DNA of 64,000 bases from Rhynchobatus australiae. Taxonomy: Eukaryota. The stretch covers positions 17,265,374-17,329,373 of the forward strand of contig JAUZTB010000069.1 of assembly GCA_034780895.1 (NCBI GenBank). The letters run 5' to 3'. Positions 50,451-63,654 of this stretch are shown in pieces. Numbering within the stretch: position 1 is the first letter of the stretch; each line of letters begins with the position of its first letter. A program made the translations under genes and the position numbers. Below the pieces are notes generated by a model that was given only the letters and a program-made list of their open reading frames with translations, was not told where the DNA came from and made no database searches.

Positions 50451-51157
50451 GTAAGTAACATTTTAATTAGGTTCTCCAGTGTTCATATTTAAATGGCTGA
50501 ATATTGCTGCAAAGCTCTGCTCCTTGGTTTACCCAGACTGAGATGTTACCATCGTAGAGTAGGAGAGGATTTTACATTGGAAACTAAATGGCAACTGATT
50601 CTAGCCATGGTCTACCATTGCATAAACTTGTTGTACCTTAAAACAGAGCATTGTGAATGTCAAATTAGTAGTCTAGATGACAGGATTGTGAACCAAAAGA
50701 TTTTTTAGTGTCACCCCCTCCACCTTACAAACAAAAGCTATTTTTTTTTTAAACTGAATTTTGTAGTCTTAAGAACAAGTGGCAGTCCTGAATCTTGAAT
50801 TCATGACCTCCTTTCATTGAGATAATCTTTAATAATTTTTTGGGGGTTAATTCACCTTTTTAAAAATCAGGAAAGGTCACTGACCTTTCTAAATGTCCTT
50901 TTTAAGCGATTGAAGTTCAAGGATCTCATGCCTTATGCTACAGCTGTGTAGTTCTTTTTAAAACAAAATCTGGTTTCTGGAAAGCAGCTATTTTAACTGA
51001 GGAACCAATCTGTAATCTGCCCTTGGGTTCTAGATTTGTTGTTATTCACCCTTTTGAGCATGAAATTTTCTAGGATTTATTTAAAAAGGTAATATACCTG
51101 AATAATCTGCATGCTTTCATTAGATCGTTTTGTAATTTTGTTCAACTTGCATATCAG

Positions 51158-51212
51158 GTCTTGCATGGTGGAGGAATCGGGAACACTGGAATCACAGTTG
51201 GAGGCAACCAAG
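51158..51212 (+). CDS. SPTAN1: SPTAN1 exon (SCMVEESGTLESQLEATK)
   Basis: tatcag/gtaggt. Confidence 0.96.
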
Positions 51213-52329
51213 GTAGGTCGGGCTTCATTCTCTCAAGCTTTGGATGATAGAACCCCTGTTTTTAATAGACATGGAAGGTATATGACTCTTCAATTCAGAT
51301 TTGAAATTGAGAAGTCTTGAAAGATGTTTGTGAATCAGTGCTACACACAGATTCTGGATTATTCCTCAAAAAATGATCAATTGGAAAACATTTTATTGGG
51401 ACAAAGTCATTAAAACATGGAATGGTTTCTCACACTAGTAATAGAATTGGCTAACAACTTTTAGAGCTTTAAAGTTAGGAGAAAATGAGAATAAAGCATA
51501 TGCAGGACCAGTCCTGTGCTAGTTTCAGTGGCTCTTCACAGAATCTTACATCACGGAAGAGACTAGCCACTCTTGCCTGTGCTGGCTCTTGTTCTGTTTT
51601 TCACCTCCAGCCCCTGAAAGGAACCCTTCAAATCTGTCCATTTCCCTCCAAAGAAAAGAAACTGATTTCATCTATTAAAATGGCATCTTTCAGAAATTAA
51701 AAACCTTGAGTGAAGCAATTTCTCATTCCCCCTCTAGATTTTCTTGCCNNNNNNNNNNACTGGTTACCTGTCAGAGGAAACTTTTTCTCCCTGTTTGCTC
51801 TATCTAAACATATCTATCATGCCACCTATTTAGTATCAGAACAATTCATGTTCTCAAATGTACACGTCAAACTGAACTGTCTTATCTCTGGTCTCATTCT
51901 ATTAAAGCACCTTACCCAAGATTATGACTTCCTTTTTGACCTTTGGGGGTCTAAATCACTGTGTACTAACTAAGTTTCATTTAGTGTGTTAACTAAGGCT
52001 GAACCAGAGAATCGTTACAAATCCTTGTATAAAGGAGCNNNNNNNNNNNNNNNNNNNNNNNNNNNNNNNNNNNNNNNNNNNNNNNNNNNNNNNNNNNNNN
52101 NNNNNNNNNNNNNNNNNNNNNNNNNNNNNNNNNNNNNNNNNNNNNNNNNNNNNNNNNNNNNNNNNNNNNNNNNNNNNNNNNNNNNNNNNNNNNNNNNNNN
52201 NNNNNNNNNNNNNNNNNNNNNNNNNCTGTGATAGAGGAGAAACCAGTAGTAGAAAGAACTACTGGGCAAAATAGAACCTGGAAGGAAGTCACCCTGTTTC
52301 TTGACTTTTTTATACCTATTCATTCACAG

Positions 52330-52526
52330 AGAAAGCATCAGGAGATTCGGGCAATGAGAAGTCAATTGAAAAAGATTGAGGACCTTGGGGCAGCAATGGA
52401 GGAAGCATTGATCTTGGATAATAAGTACACAGAGCACAGCACTGTGGGATTGGCACAGCAATGGGACCAACTGGATCAACTGGGCATGAGAATGCAACAC
52501 AACTTGGAACAACAAATACAGGCCAG
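52330..52526 (+). CDS. SPTAN1: SPTAN1 exon ([13 protein letters not shown]...EQQIQAR)
   Basis: tcacag/gtaagc. Confidence 0.96.
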
Positions 52527-53160
52527 GTAAGCAGCAATAGTTTAAACACTCAAGAAGAATATGCAGATCCTTGAGTGTGTGGAGGAGATTTACTAGTAGG
52601 GCTCTAGGGAAGAATTGTAACAAGTTTAGGTTAGGGAAGCTGGGTTGGAGTAACAAGATTTGATTATAGGTGTCTGGTTTAGACAAGCAAAGGAAAGCTG
52701 TTTTCACTACCTCATTGTACAAAGGACAAATGTTTGTCTTTGGGCAAAAGATACAGGGTGAGCTGAAGAACTTTGATATTCACTGGGTGGTAAGATTTAG
52801 ACCCCCATTGCCTATTAGAATAGTGAAAGCAGAAACAATTATTTTGGAAGAAAATGAATGAGAAATAAATGAAGGGACTTGGGCAGAGTGGAGGAAAATT
52901 TGTTTCAGAGCCAACCTGTTGCCTTAACTAGCAGTTTTCACATGATGAAAAAAGTAGGGTGGGGTTTACAAACTTGTCGTGGAATATGGCATAAACACAT
53001 TAGAACACTAGCAAAAAAGTCAGGTCAGATCACGTGTGCCTCAATGCAAGAAAATAGAAAAGCACATCACATTCTTTGTCCTAGTTTTCAATTTGCACTA
53101 TGCAGAGTGGAAATGTAAATTTGTTACAAAAATTATACAGATTGCTTTTCTATTTTATAG

Positions 53161-53214
53161 AAACACTACTGGTGTGACAGAAGAAGCTCTTAAAGAATTC
53201 AGCATGATGTTCAA
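53161..53214 (+). CDS. SPTAN1: SPTAN1 exon (NTTGVTEEALKEFSMMFK)
   Basis: ttatag/gtaagt. Confidence 0.96.
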
Positions 53215-53295
53215 GTAAGTGTGGGTTTATTTCGTGCATTTGTTAGTATGCATGTTGTTACTGTGCTGATGTTAAATATTTAATTTTTCTCCAAG

Positions 53296-53442
53296 GCATT
53301 TTGACAAGGACAAATCAGGACGTCTGAATCATCAAGAATTTAAATCGTGCTTGCGCTCCCTGGGTTATGATTTGCCAATGGTAGAGGAAGGAGAACCGGA
53401 CTCGGAGTTTGAAGCTATATTGAATGCTGTTGATCCCAACCG
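53296..53442 (+). CDS. SPTAN1: SPTAN1 exon, EF-hand 1 ([16 protein letters not shown]...VDPNR)
   Basis: ccaag/gtgaga; EF loop [12 protein letters not shown]. Confidence 0.96.
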
Positions 53443-54151
53443 GTGAGAACAGTCTGCAGATTGTTGCAGGAGATAATTTAAGCTTTCATCATACCCTAAC
53501 ATTTTAGAAATANNNNNNNNNNNNNNNNNNNNNNNNNNNNNNNNNNNNNNNNNNNNNNNNNNNNNNNNNNNNNNNNNNNNNNNNNNNNNNNNNNNNNNNN
53601 NNNNNNNNNNNNAGATTTTTGCAGGAGATAATTTAAGCTTTCATCATACCATAACATTTTAGAAATAAGACTTGACTAATTTGTCAAGGCTGCAGGAAAC
53701 CCAATGAGTATTTGAGCAATGCAGCATATAAAATTCTTTATTTTGATCTGCCTCAGTTGGCTAGCCTCAGTCAGTTATCCTTGGCTACTGTGACAGAAAG
53801 AATATTACAAGCAACTTTAATGCCCTCTTCAGGTAGAAGGAAATTCAGCATGGGTTTCAACCCGTTGCTTGCTCCCAATGCATCTCACTGTAGAACTGTT
53901 GGTCAGCACTTGCTGTCCAGAGCAGCATTTGATTTTTGGTCCCATAGGGCAGTGATACTACCCAGAGAGCTGTACTCCAGCAGGGAGTCTTCATGCCTTT
54001 TGGGATGGGAGTTTTCTTGAAAGTAAATTACTTCAAATTAGTTATTCTAGTACATTATACACTTAAATACAGTAAAAGTTTCTATACTTACATTGAAAAT
54101 AACTTCATTTTCCTGGTATGCATTTTGATCTTTGCTTTATCTGATTTGCAG

Positions 54152-54299
54152 AGATGGATACGTTTCACTACAGGAATACATGGCCTTTATGATCAGTAGA
54201 GAAACAGAGAATGTTAAGTCTAGCGAGGAGATTGAGAGTGCTTTCCGTGCCCTCAGTTCAGAAGGAAAACCATTTGTCACACGTGAAGAATTATATCAG
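54152..54299 (+). CDS. SPTAN1: SPTAN1 exon, EF-hands (DGYVSLQEYMAFM...REELYQ)
   Basis: ttgcag/gtactg. Confidence 0.96.
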
Positions 54300-54334
54300 G
54301 TACTGCAGCAGATGTATATTGTGTTTGTGAACAA

Positions 54335-55110
54335 TCATAGAAATGTCAGCCCAGAAATAGGCCCTTTCTGTCCACGATGCCGATCTAGCCCTTCATTTCC
54401 AGGTAACATTCTGATGAATTTCTTCTGCCTGCACTCTATTGCTACCACATCATCTATGTAATGTGATCAGAACTGTACACAAAACTCAGTGCAGTCTAAC
54501 CAATGTTTTCTACAACTTTTCAGCTGATCTACATTCTTCTGTATCCTTAAGCAGCCATCTTTGCTATGTATAATTCCACCAATCCTTGTGTTCATTAGCA
54601 AATTTGCTTATCAGACTAGACATTCTCATCCATTTAATATGACAAACAAAAGGTCCCAGCACTGCATCACTTTGTTACAGACTTCCAGTCAAAATCACAC
54701 ACCCACCACTGGCTAATTTTGTATCTAGTTTACTTGCATTCCTTGTGCATAAAGCTTCTGGACCAGCCTACCATGTTGGACCTTGTCAAAAGTCTGACTG
54801 AAGTGCATACAAACCACATCTACTGCTCTGCCTTCAATTTTATTAGTTACCTCCTCAAAAAAAAAATCAGGTTTGTTGAGACAATCTCCCCTGCACAAAA
54901 GCATGCTGCCTCCTCGTCAGTCCCTGCCTTTACAAGTGAACACAAATCTTGTCCCTTTAGAAGGCTCACCAGTCTAGTTTCAGGCTTGTTCCTACTACCC
55001 TTTTTGAACAAGGGGACATTATTATCTATTTTCCAGTCTTCTGATACTTCACATGGCTGACATAGATGCAAAAATCTGTCAGAGCCCCAGCAATCTCTTC
55101 CTCTACTCAA
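54335..55110 (-). mobile_element. CR1-type LINE fragments
   Basis: ORF 54847..55116 EVSEDWKIDNNVPLFKKGSRNKP (CR1 EVPEDW...PLFKKG motif). Confidence 0.82.
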
Positions 55111-55365
55111 AAACAAAAGAACTGGGGATCATTACAGCATGGAAGTCAGAAGAATGCACAAACTTGCAATTTTACTGCCAACCTTTTATGTCATAATGCC
55201 ATTTTGATTCCAGTACTGGACTGTGGTTAACATGATCATTTAGTGCTGGATCTAGAGTATTTGATATGTAGCAACAAAATTGTTCACTTGATCTAGTAAA
55301 AGTCTAGTTTAACATGTGGAAGTTGTAATGAGATTGAGTTAACAATTCTTCTGCTTTCTTTCTAG

Positions 55366-55491
55366 AACTTGTCAAGGGAGCAGGCTGATTACTGCCTCTC
55401 ACACATGAAGCCTTATACAGATAGTAAAGGCAGAGAGATTCCTTCAGCCTTCGACTATGTGGAATTCACACGATCACTGTTTGTGAACTAA
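55366..55491 (+). CDS. SPTAN1: SPTAN1 last coding exon (NLSREQADYC...EFTRSLFVN*)
   Basis: ttctag acceptor; TAA stop 55489-55491. Confidence 0.97.
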   Translation, partial: NLSREQADYCLSHMKPYTDSKGREIPSAFDYVEFTRSLFVN

Positions 55492-55654
55492 GCTTCCAAA
55501 ATCCAGCTGTACCTGCTAACAGTTGCTCTGCATGACCCTGCCTGATTTCCATGCACCTATAAACTGTGCAGCAAGACTTTGATTAATCAGTTTGCTTGTG
55601 CTTTGCCTGGAAAATTTTTTTACTCTGTGACCCTTACTGCAGTGTGCTGAAAAC

Positions 55655-55660
55655 ATTAAA
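55655..55660 (+). promoter_or_regulatory. Candidate proximal SPTAN1 polyadenylation signal ATTAAA (distal AATAAA candidates at 56959 and 57280)
   Basis: Hexamers downstream of the stop codon; usage unknown. Confidence 0.35.
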
Positions 55661-56199
55661 CACTTACTGATTCAAACTGAGAAATGGTTCAAGTAGTAGG
55701 GTAATTTCTTCATTATTGGTGTTCTCTGCATCACTGCCACTGGAATTTTCTTTCCTAGCATACAGATCCTTTGATTTATAAACTTTCTGCCCAACAACTG
55801 CTCGAAGATTGCCATCCATTCATTCACAGCTGCTTAAGTACAAGATCAGGAAGCAGAGAGATAGCTAGTAAAAGCAATTTGGTTGAGAATACATGCATGA
55901 GACATCTGTATAGGGTAAAATATTTAAAGCTTTAAGTGCTAGTGTTAGTTCAGATTTGTACAAATGCTGAAGTGATTAGATCTTTGACAAATTCTAGAGT
56001 TCTGGAATGCAACTAGCTTTTGNNNNNNNNNNNNNNNNNNNNNNNNNNNNNNNNNNNNNNNNNNNNNNNNNNNNNNNNNNNNNNNNNNNNNNNNNNNNNN
56101 NNNNNNNNNNNNNNNNNNNNNNCAACTAGCTTTTGTTTTTACATTGAAGCCAATAGGAAATACTTTGATTTGAGTTTGCTTAATGCAACATTTTCCTGC

Positions 56200-56900
56200 A
56201 ACACAAGCTCATCAATTAGGAAAAGTTATAGGGCTCCTCAACCCTGCTTTACTCATCCACAGCTGATGTTCACCTACCTGCCTACTCCCAGTAACCCTTG
56301 CTTCTATGGCTGTCTTAAAAGATATTCAAAGACCCTTGATGCCAGTTTTTGTCAATGTTCCAAAGTCAACCCTCTAATTTTCTTTTCATCTGTCTCAAGT
56401 GGGTGATCTTGTTCTAGATTTTCTAAAATATCTCCATTCCACCTTGTCAAAAACCTGCAAGATTATTTCAATTACATCTTACTCCTTATTTCAGTAGCTA
56501 CATTTTACACAGTAATCCTAATGTGGTGTCATTAAATGTTATATAGTTGAAGTATAACTACCCTATTGCTAGCAGGGAAAATTGATTATAAAGTGAATGG
56601 TTAGCTCTCCTGATTGCTTTTTTTTGAATCATATAAAGACATCTACATTAGGTTCCAAGTTCCAATCTAAATAATACTTTAAATTTCACATATTTCTACA
56701 TATATACTCCATTTACTCATCTAACTTCTTTGTAGCCTTGAGTCCTCTTTAAGTCTATCTTTGCCATTGGCAAATGTAGTAATATGGCTGGTTGACAAAC
56801 AGGAATCAATAATTTTCTATTCATGTCCATATTTTACCTTCTAAGGCATGAATTTCTGAATATAAATCTTCTGTTGAATCTAATCAAATGCCTCCTGTAA
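56200..56900 (-). mobile_element. Old CR1-like remnant downstream of SPTAN1
   Basis: cttgttctagatt...ccaccttgtcaaaa; aatcaaatgcctcctgtaaattt. Confidence 0.45.
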
Positions 56901-58917
56901 ATTTCAGTATAGTACATTCACAGGTTTCCCATAAGTATGTTTTTCTACTAAGAGCACTAATAAATTAATCAAATATTATTTCACTTCAACTTACCAAAAT
57001 AGTGAATTACTTGTTAAAAATACTCTTGTACTTCCTGAAACAGTAGTGGAAGCACATTAAATAACTTTTAAAAGTGGCTACCTGAAGGGAGAAAATCATA
57101 GCTCCAAGGGAAAAATTAGACTTATTGCAAAATTCAATGAACTAGCACAGGTACAATGGGCTTACCTTCCACTGTTAGTGTTTGTAAAGTAGCACTTGTT
57201 GGATGCTAGTGAGAGGACAGCATTGCATTTTGTCTGCTGACCAGTGGGGAGAAGGGCCCACTAAGTTTGTAGGTATTGCAATAAACAAACTCAAGCTCAG
57301 ACCAAGCCAAAACAAGATTAAGATGGATGGATCCTTCCAAGCTAACACTGGTCAATAACATCAAACACGAATTCCTCCAGTTTGGCTTTTGCCATGAGCA
57401 CATGACTGTCTACTTCAGAGCCATGGTCAAAATACAGACCAAGCAGCTAATTGAAGCCAAGTGCCCTTGTGATACCTTGGCAGCAGTTGACTGAGTGTGG
57501 CATCAGGGAGCCTTGCTAAACAGAACTCAGTCTGTAAGCAAACACCACTTAGCTGAAGTAATACCTTGCACCAAGAAAGAGGGCTGAGGTAGTTGGCAAT
57601 GAATCATCCCAGTTCCAGAAATCAGTGTGCGAATTCTTTACAGCCATGTCCTAGCTCCTAACGTCCATGACTTTCCATCATTTGGTCAGAACAACAACAA
57701 GTCTCCAACAAAACTGAACAAAGAACAATTCAAATCAGGACACTTGGGTGGGCAAGAGGTGGTTCTGGTCTGCCTTGCAAAGCCAAGGTGACCAGTCTAA
57801 CCCAGAAACATTAACCTGACAGTAGTGAAGGGAATGGACTTACCCAAAAGCTGTTCACAAAAGTTTAGCGATCCTTGTAGCAAGAACCTCTTCTTTTTCA
57901 CTATTACTGCCAGGCAGTGTTTATGTTCAACTGCATCCAGCAGTCACAATGTCATGAGGTTGGATTGACACCCAATCCACTCAAAAAGCAGCAAAATAAC
58001 TATTAAAACCACAATTATTGCTATTAAGTATTCAAATAGCTTAAGCTTAGAACACAAAACACACAAGGTGGAATATTTAACAATTTTATAAAATTATTAC
58101 ATCTTGAGTTGCAAGAAAATTACAATTCAGATACATGTTTTTAACTGCAATTATTATTTAATACATTACTGAAAAGTCATTTATATTTAATCCTACCAAA
58201 AAACAACTTAAAAAAAAAGGGTGTTTTAGTGCAAGTCCAATTATCACCAATGCAATCAAGAGAAACTGGTTGAATTAAAGACTGAAAAGCAGCAGAGCTG
58301 AATCACAGAGCAACTAAGCAATATGTTAAAGCACTTTCAGTTTTTCAATGAACTGACAGAAAATGCTAACAGTACTGTCAGTATAGGGCTGGATAGTGTT
58401 TTACTCCCCAGTAGTGGGGCTTGGGGACTGTGGATTGCAGTTGTGAAGAAAGTGGGTTCCCGGGTTCCGCTTTTAATGAAAAATATGTAGATATACAGGG
58501 ATATTGACTGCCCCAATCCACACCCTCAATCACCTGAAAATCCTCCTTGTAAAACACCTTAGGTGTCTTTTCTCACTGGACATACATGCAACCAAGTGGA
58601 AATCAATGAAATTCAGGCATTGGTGAATCTCCCACAATGTTGGATAGGAACACCTAGTTCAAAACTGCTACCCTGCTGATTCAGTTTCTCCTGAGTTGCA
58701 GCCCATGTATACTAGGGCTAAGGAACTACAGTTCTTTTCTTAAATACTTTGCATCTGAATTTAAACAAAGTGTCTAGTGTTAAACTTTCAACAGACTAAT
58801 ATTAAAATTTTAAATATTGTAAGAAAATATGTTGAATCAGTTCATGATGTACAACCTAGAAATGCTGGAGAGTTGGGGAAAATATTCTCCAGCCCATCTC
58901 ACTAGGTCTTTAGTCAG

Positions 58918-59156
58918 TCAATCTGCCACTTCATTAGCAAGTTGCTCAAGTAGAATCATCTCTCTTGGTCCTTGCTTCATCAGTTCAGCATTCAGCTGCC
59001 AGATTTTGACATTTCCTTCTGCATTACCAGCTGCAAGAAGCTGTGGTTGTTTTGGATTAAAAGCCAGGCAGTAAACTGGCTTGCTCTCGGCACACTGCTC
59101 AATAGAAATCAAGGGACAAAGAGAACTCTGCCCAAGGTCAAAAATCAACACAGTTC
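58918..59156 (-). CDS. DYNC2I2: WDR34 (dynein-2 intermediate chain 2) last coding exon (GTVLIFDLGQ...AAGNAEGNVKIWQL...NEVAD*)
   Basis: Minus-strand ctacag acceptor; WD40 C-terminus resembling human WDR34 (VYCLEFN, LLAAGDAQGTVKVWQL, QGPRE); ORF 58918..59184. Confidence 0.93.
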
Positions 59157-60169
59157 CTGTAGAAATAAAAAAAACTCCTCTCAATCTTCAAAGGTAAAAT
59201 ATCCCTCTACACAATAATGTTTCTTTAACCATTTAAGATACTGAGAAACAAATGTTAACAATTTTTTAGAAACAGAAACTGAAGTAATAGGTAAATAGTA
59301 ATAGCCACCTATTACATTTGAATCTTTTTGCTTCCTCCTCAGAGCTCACATTTCTCCCAGCACACTAACCTCTTATGCAGGACCATACCAAAAGCCTTCT
59401 TAAAATCTAAATGCACCACATCCATTGGTTCTCCCTTATTTGTTATACCAGCTACATGCTCAAAAAAATTCCACTAATTTGTCAATTTCCCTTTCACAAC
59501 CTCTGCTGACTCGTAATGCCTTTTAAGAGTTCAAGCTCGATAGAAGATAAATTTCCACTGACATTATTCTACAGTCTAAACAGCCCAGGTTCATTGCAAA
59601 GTGTACAGAGGTGACAGACAATATCTCACAATCTGGTGGGTAAATAAATGCTTGCCTTTATTTAGCAGCTTTAACACTACAATGCCAAAAAAGATTAAAC
59701 CCACATATTAGCTGGTGGATCCAAAGCTTGATAGAATGGTAGATTTTAAGGAACACCTTAAAAGAGGGAGAAAGGAATGGGAATGTAGAGACTAAGCAAA
59801 TCAAACCATAACTGTTGAAGGAACAAAATAATGTACAAAAGACCAAAACTGAGGAAGAGGGATTGGAGGGCTGTGGCACCAGAGGTGGCTACAGAAGTAG
59901 GGAAGTTGAAAGGCATGAAGGGATTTGACAACCAAGCTGAAAATTTTGAAGAAATTATTTAAAATCATGAGTAAGTGTACGTCACTGAGAACAGGGGTCA
60001 GGGGTGATGTGAAAGACTCAGTGAAAACAATAAAACATCCTGCTTGGAATATATGAATATATAAAAAAATATGAGCATCTCTTACCAATTTGATGCACAT
60101 GGTGGAATCTATAGATAAACATATTGCACATTCTGCTTCTTAATCTAGAATTTATGTTACAGGAATGCT

Positions 60170-60560
60170 GTAGCTGACTGGTTAAATTACTGGATAGGAG
60201 TAAACCATGGGATGGATAGGAGTTCAAATCCCACTCATCGCAGCTGGGGAATTTAAACTCAAATAATTAATTTTAAAAAATCAATCACGGTGACAATGAG
60301 GCTACAGGTTATCATTTAAAAAAACATCTGGTTCAAGGAAATCTGCTTTTCTTATCCAATCTGGCCTACACCTGACTTATTGATGTCATTGACTCTTAGT
60401 TGCTTCCTTGCTTTNNNNNNNNNNNNNNNNNNNNNNNNNNNNNNNNNNNNNNNNNNNNNNNNNNNNNNNNNNNNNNNNNNNNNNNNNNNNNNNNNNNNNN
60501 NNNNNNNNNNNNNNGCTTTGGGGTAGTAAAAGGTTGGCATCGCTGGTGACCTCTGCATCA
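60170..60560 (+). mobile_element. Shark-type SINE remnant in WDR34 intron
   Basis: gagttcaaatccc (B-box-like) ...gggaatttaaactc...catctggttca...ggaaatctgc. Confidence 0.55.
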
Positions 60561-60650
60561 CAGGGAAGAATAAAAAAATTTAGGGTCTTTGAAATTTCTC
60601 ACCAAAACCAAACCCAACATTTTAAAGCTTCACATAGTCGCAGCACTCAC

Positions 60651-60808
60651 CCTCTCCTGTGGCGGCAGCAAAGACTAGGGGTCGGACTGAAGACCAGCAA
60701 ACACTGAAGAGGTAAGTTTGAGATAACTGAAGAGAAAGAATTGGCTTGGCCTGCAACATGGAGTACAGATGAACGTGTCCATCTGTGCCAGCGGTGAGAA
60801 AAAGGTTT
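60651..60808 (-). CDS. DYNC2I2: WDR34 penultimate exon ([19 protein letters not shown]...[13 protein letters not shown]), 158 nt
   Basis: Minus-strand cccag/gtgagt; manual translation matches WDR34; phase-compatible with the last exon. Confidence 0.94.
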
Positions 60809-60909
60809 CTGGGAGAAGCACAACATTCAAGATTTATGCATTGGATAAATATACAAATGTACAGTTAACATGCAGGACAAGTCCAATTTACCAGAAAATC
60901 TGTACTTTT

Positions 60910-61250
60910 AGGTGCATATTTCACAATCTCAGAATGCCCTAAAGTGACTTGAAACGCAGTCATTGTAATGATTGAAATGCAGCAGCCAGCTTGTATAAGC
61001 ATAGCCATGTAATAATCACTAGATAATCTGTATATTGTACATTGTACATTGAGGAATAAATATTTGCCTGGACACAAGGTAGAACCACCTAGCTCTTCTC
61101 TTAAAAAGTGCTAAATTATCTTTTGTATCCACCAAAAGAACCTATAACTGAAGGACTACATTATTCACTGTGCAGCACTTCTCAATACTGCACAGGAATT
61201 CTGCTAGATGAAAAAGGCTGCAGTCTCTAAAGTATATTTGCCCTAACCGA
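60910..61250. mobile_element. Deu-domain (SacSINE/AmnSINE-like) SINE remnant
   Basis: atcttttgtatccacc...tgtgcagcacttctcaatactgcac resembles the Deu core. Confidence 0.55.
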
Positions 61251-61589
61251 GGCACACAACTTGTAAAGGGTTAAATAATTTGTATAGGTCAGATATCAGG
61301 AGGTGTTCCTTTCCTCCTCCCTTANNNNNNNNNNNNNNNNNNNNNNNNNNNNNNNNNNNNNNNNNNNNNNNNNNNNNNNNNNNNNNNNNNNNNNNNNNNN
61401 NNNNNNNNNNNNNNNNNNNNNNNNNNNNNNNNNNNNNNNNNNNNNNNNNNNNNNNNNNNNNNNNNNNNNNNNNNNNNNNNNNNNNNNNNNNNNNNNNNNN
61501 NNNNNNNNNNNNNNNNNNNNNNNNNNNNNNNNNNNNNNNNNNNNNNNNNNNNNNNNNNNNNNNNNNNNNNNNNNNNNNNNNNNNNNNGA

Positions 61590-62520
61590 CAGGTGACCAA
61601 ATATATAAAAAAAATCAAAGAATGGGGAAACAATTAATAAGGAAGAAAAAGTTAAGTGCAAGACAAAGCTATCCAGAAATATAAAAACAGATAGTAAGAG
61701 CTGAGACAGATACTTTAAAAGATGGTTAACACAGTAAGTGTTGGTTCTATAGAAAGCAAGTCTTGGCAATTAATAATAAAAAAAAACGAGGAGATGACAG
61801 ATGAATTAAAACAGGAATTTGGCATCATTCTTCAATAAATTCTGGGGCACAGAAAATCCCAGTAACTGATGTGAATTGGAAGGTAGGGAAGAACTCAGGA
61901 AAATTACCATCACCAAGGCCATGGTCCTGCACAAACTGTAGGAGGTGCAGGTTGATAAGTCTCTGGGACCCGATGGACAAGAGACAAGTTAATGCACTAG
62001 TTTTAATTTCCAAAATTCCCCAGATCGAGTGAAGTTCTTTTGGATTTGAAAAATAACAAATGTAACTCTTTTATTGCAAAGGAAGACAAAGCAGGAAACT
62101 AGAACACAATTACCTTAAGTATCTTTCATCGGGAGTATACTATTAAAGCTGTTAAAGATGTAATGGCAGATGATTTAGAAAATCATGGTAATTAGGCCAA
62201 GTTAACAGTTTTGCAAAAGGGAAATCATGTTTGATCAATTTTACAAATAACATATGCCATGGATAAAGGGGGACCTGCAGGTGTACTACACTTGTATTTC
62301 CAGAAGACTTTTGATAAGGCACTACATCAAGAAATTATTGCAGCAAATAAAAGCTCAATGTGGTAGGTAACATAATGACATACATAGAGGATTGGTTGGC
62401 AACACTAAAAATTGACATGTGGATCTTTTTCTGAATGGCAAGTGGTGTACCACAGTCTCAACCTTATAATTTTTATAAATAACTTGCAGGAAGGCACAGA
62501 ATGTACCTTTGCTATATTTA
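61590..62520 (+). mobile_element. CR1-type LINE, 5' part of an interrupted copy
   Basis: aaagggaaatcatgtttgatcaattt (KGKSCLIN), ttgtatttccagaagacttttgataagg (LYFQKTFDK). Confidence 0.8.
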
Positions 62521-62539
62521 TTATACATAGATTTTTGTC

Positions 62540-63650
62540 AGTTATACAGTATGGAAACAGGCCCTTCAGCCCAACTCGTCCACGTTGACCAACGTGCCTA
62601 TCCAAGCAAGTCCCATTTGCCTGTGTTTGGCCCACATCCCTCTAAACCTTTCCTACCTACATACCTGTCCAAATGTCTTTTGAATATTGTAATTATTACT
62701 GCCTCTATCGCTTCCTCTGGCAGCTTGTACCCTCCCCCCCACCAACTCTAGGTAAAAGACTATGATCCACCTTATCTATACCCCTCATGATTTTACAAAC
62801 CTCTACAAGGTCACCACTCAGCCTCCTTCATTCCAGGGAAAACAGACCAAGCCTATTCAGTTATCCTACAACACGACATCCCACACCTCTTGTACCCAAT
62901 GCCCCAACCAATGAAGGCAAGCATGCCATACACCTTCACCACTCAGTCCTCAAATATGGCAACAGTCTATAGGTAGACTGTTCTTGTACCCCTTGGTTTC
63001 AGTTTTACAACACTCCCCAGGGCCCTGCCATTCACTATGTTTTGCCCTGGTTAAATTCCATCTGCCCTTCCTTTGCCTATTTTCCCAGTTGATCTAGATC
63101 CTATTGGAAGGTTTAGAGGGAGGGATCCTTAGGCAACCCTCTTCACTGTCACTATACCACTAATTTTGGTGTCAACTGCAAATTAACTAATTATGCCACC
63201 TGCAATCTCATTTAAATAATTAATATATACAACAAACAACTGTTGTCCCAGCACCAATCCCTGTTGCACACTTCTGGTCACAGTCTTCATTCTGAAAAAC
63301 AAAACAACCTTCCACTACCACTCTGACTCCTTCCACTAACCCTGGATCCCATGTGATCTAACTTTCTGGACCAGCCTACCATACAGGATCTTATCAAAAG
63401 CCTTACAAAAGTCCACCTAGACAACGTCTAGTGCCCTGCTCTAATCAATTCCCTTGGTCGACTCTTCAAAAAAAAACAATCAAATTTGAGAGACACGACT
63501 TTCCCCCACATAAAGCCATTCCAACTATCCCTAATTAGTCCTTGCCTTTCCAAATATAGGTACATCACTGTGCCTCCAGTAACTTTCCCAACACTGATGT
63601 TAGGCTCATTAGTTTGTAGTTCCCTGGCCTGTCCTTGCAGCCCTTTTTAA
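62540..63650 (-). mobile_element. CR1-type LINE nested in opposite orientation
   Basis: Tail atacagtatggaaacaggcccttcagccc; RT motifs on the minus strand. Confidence 0.82.
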
Positions 63651-63654
63651 AAAT

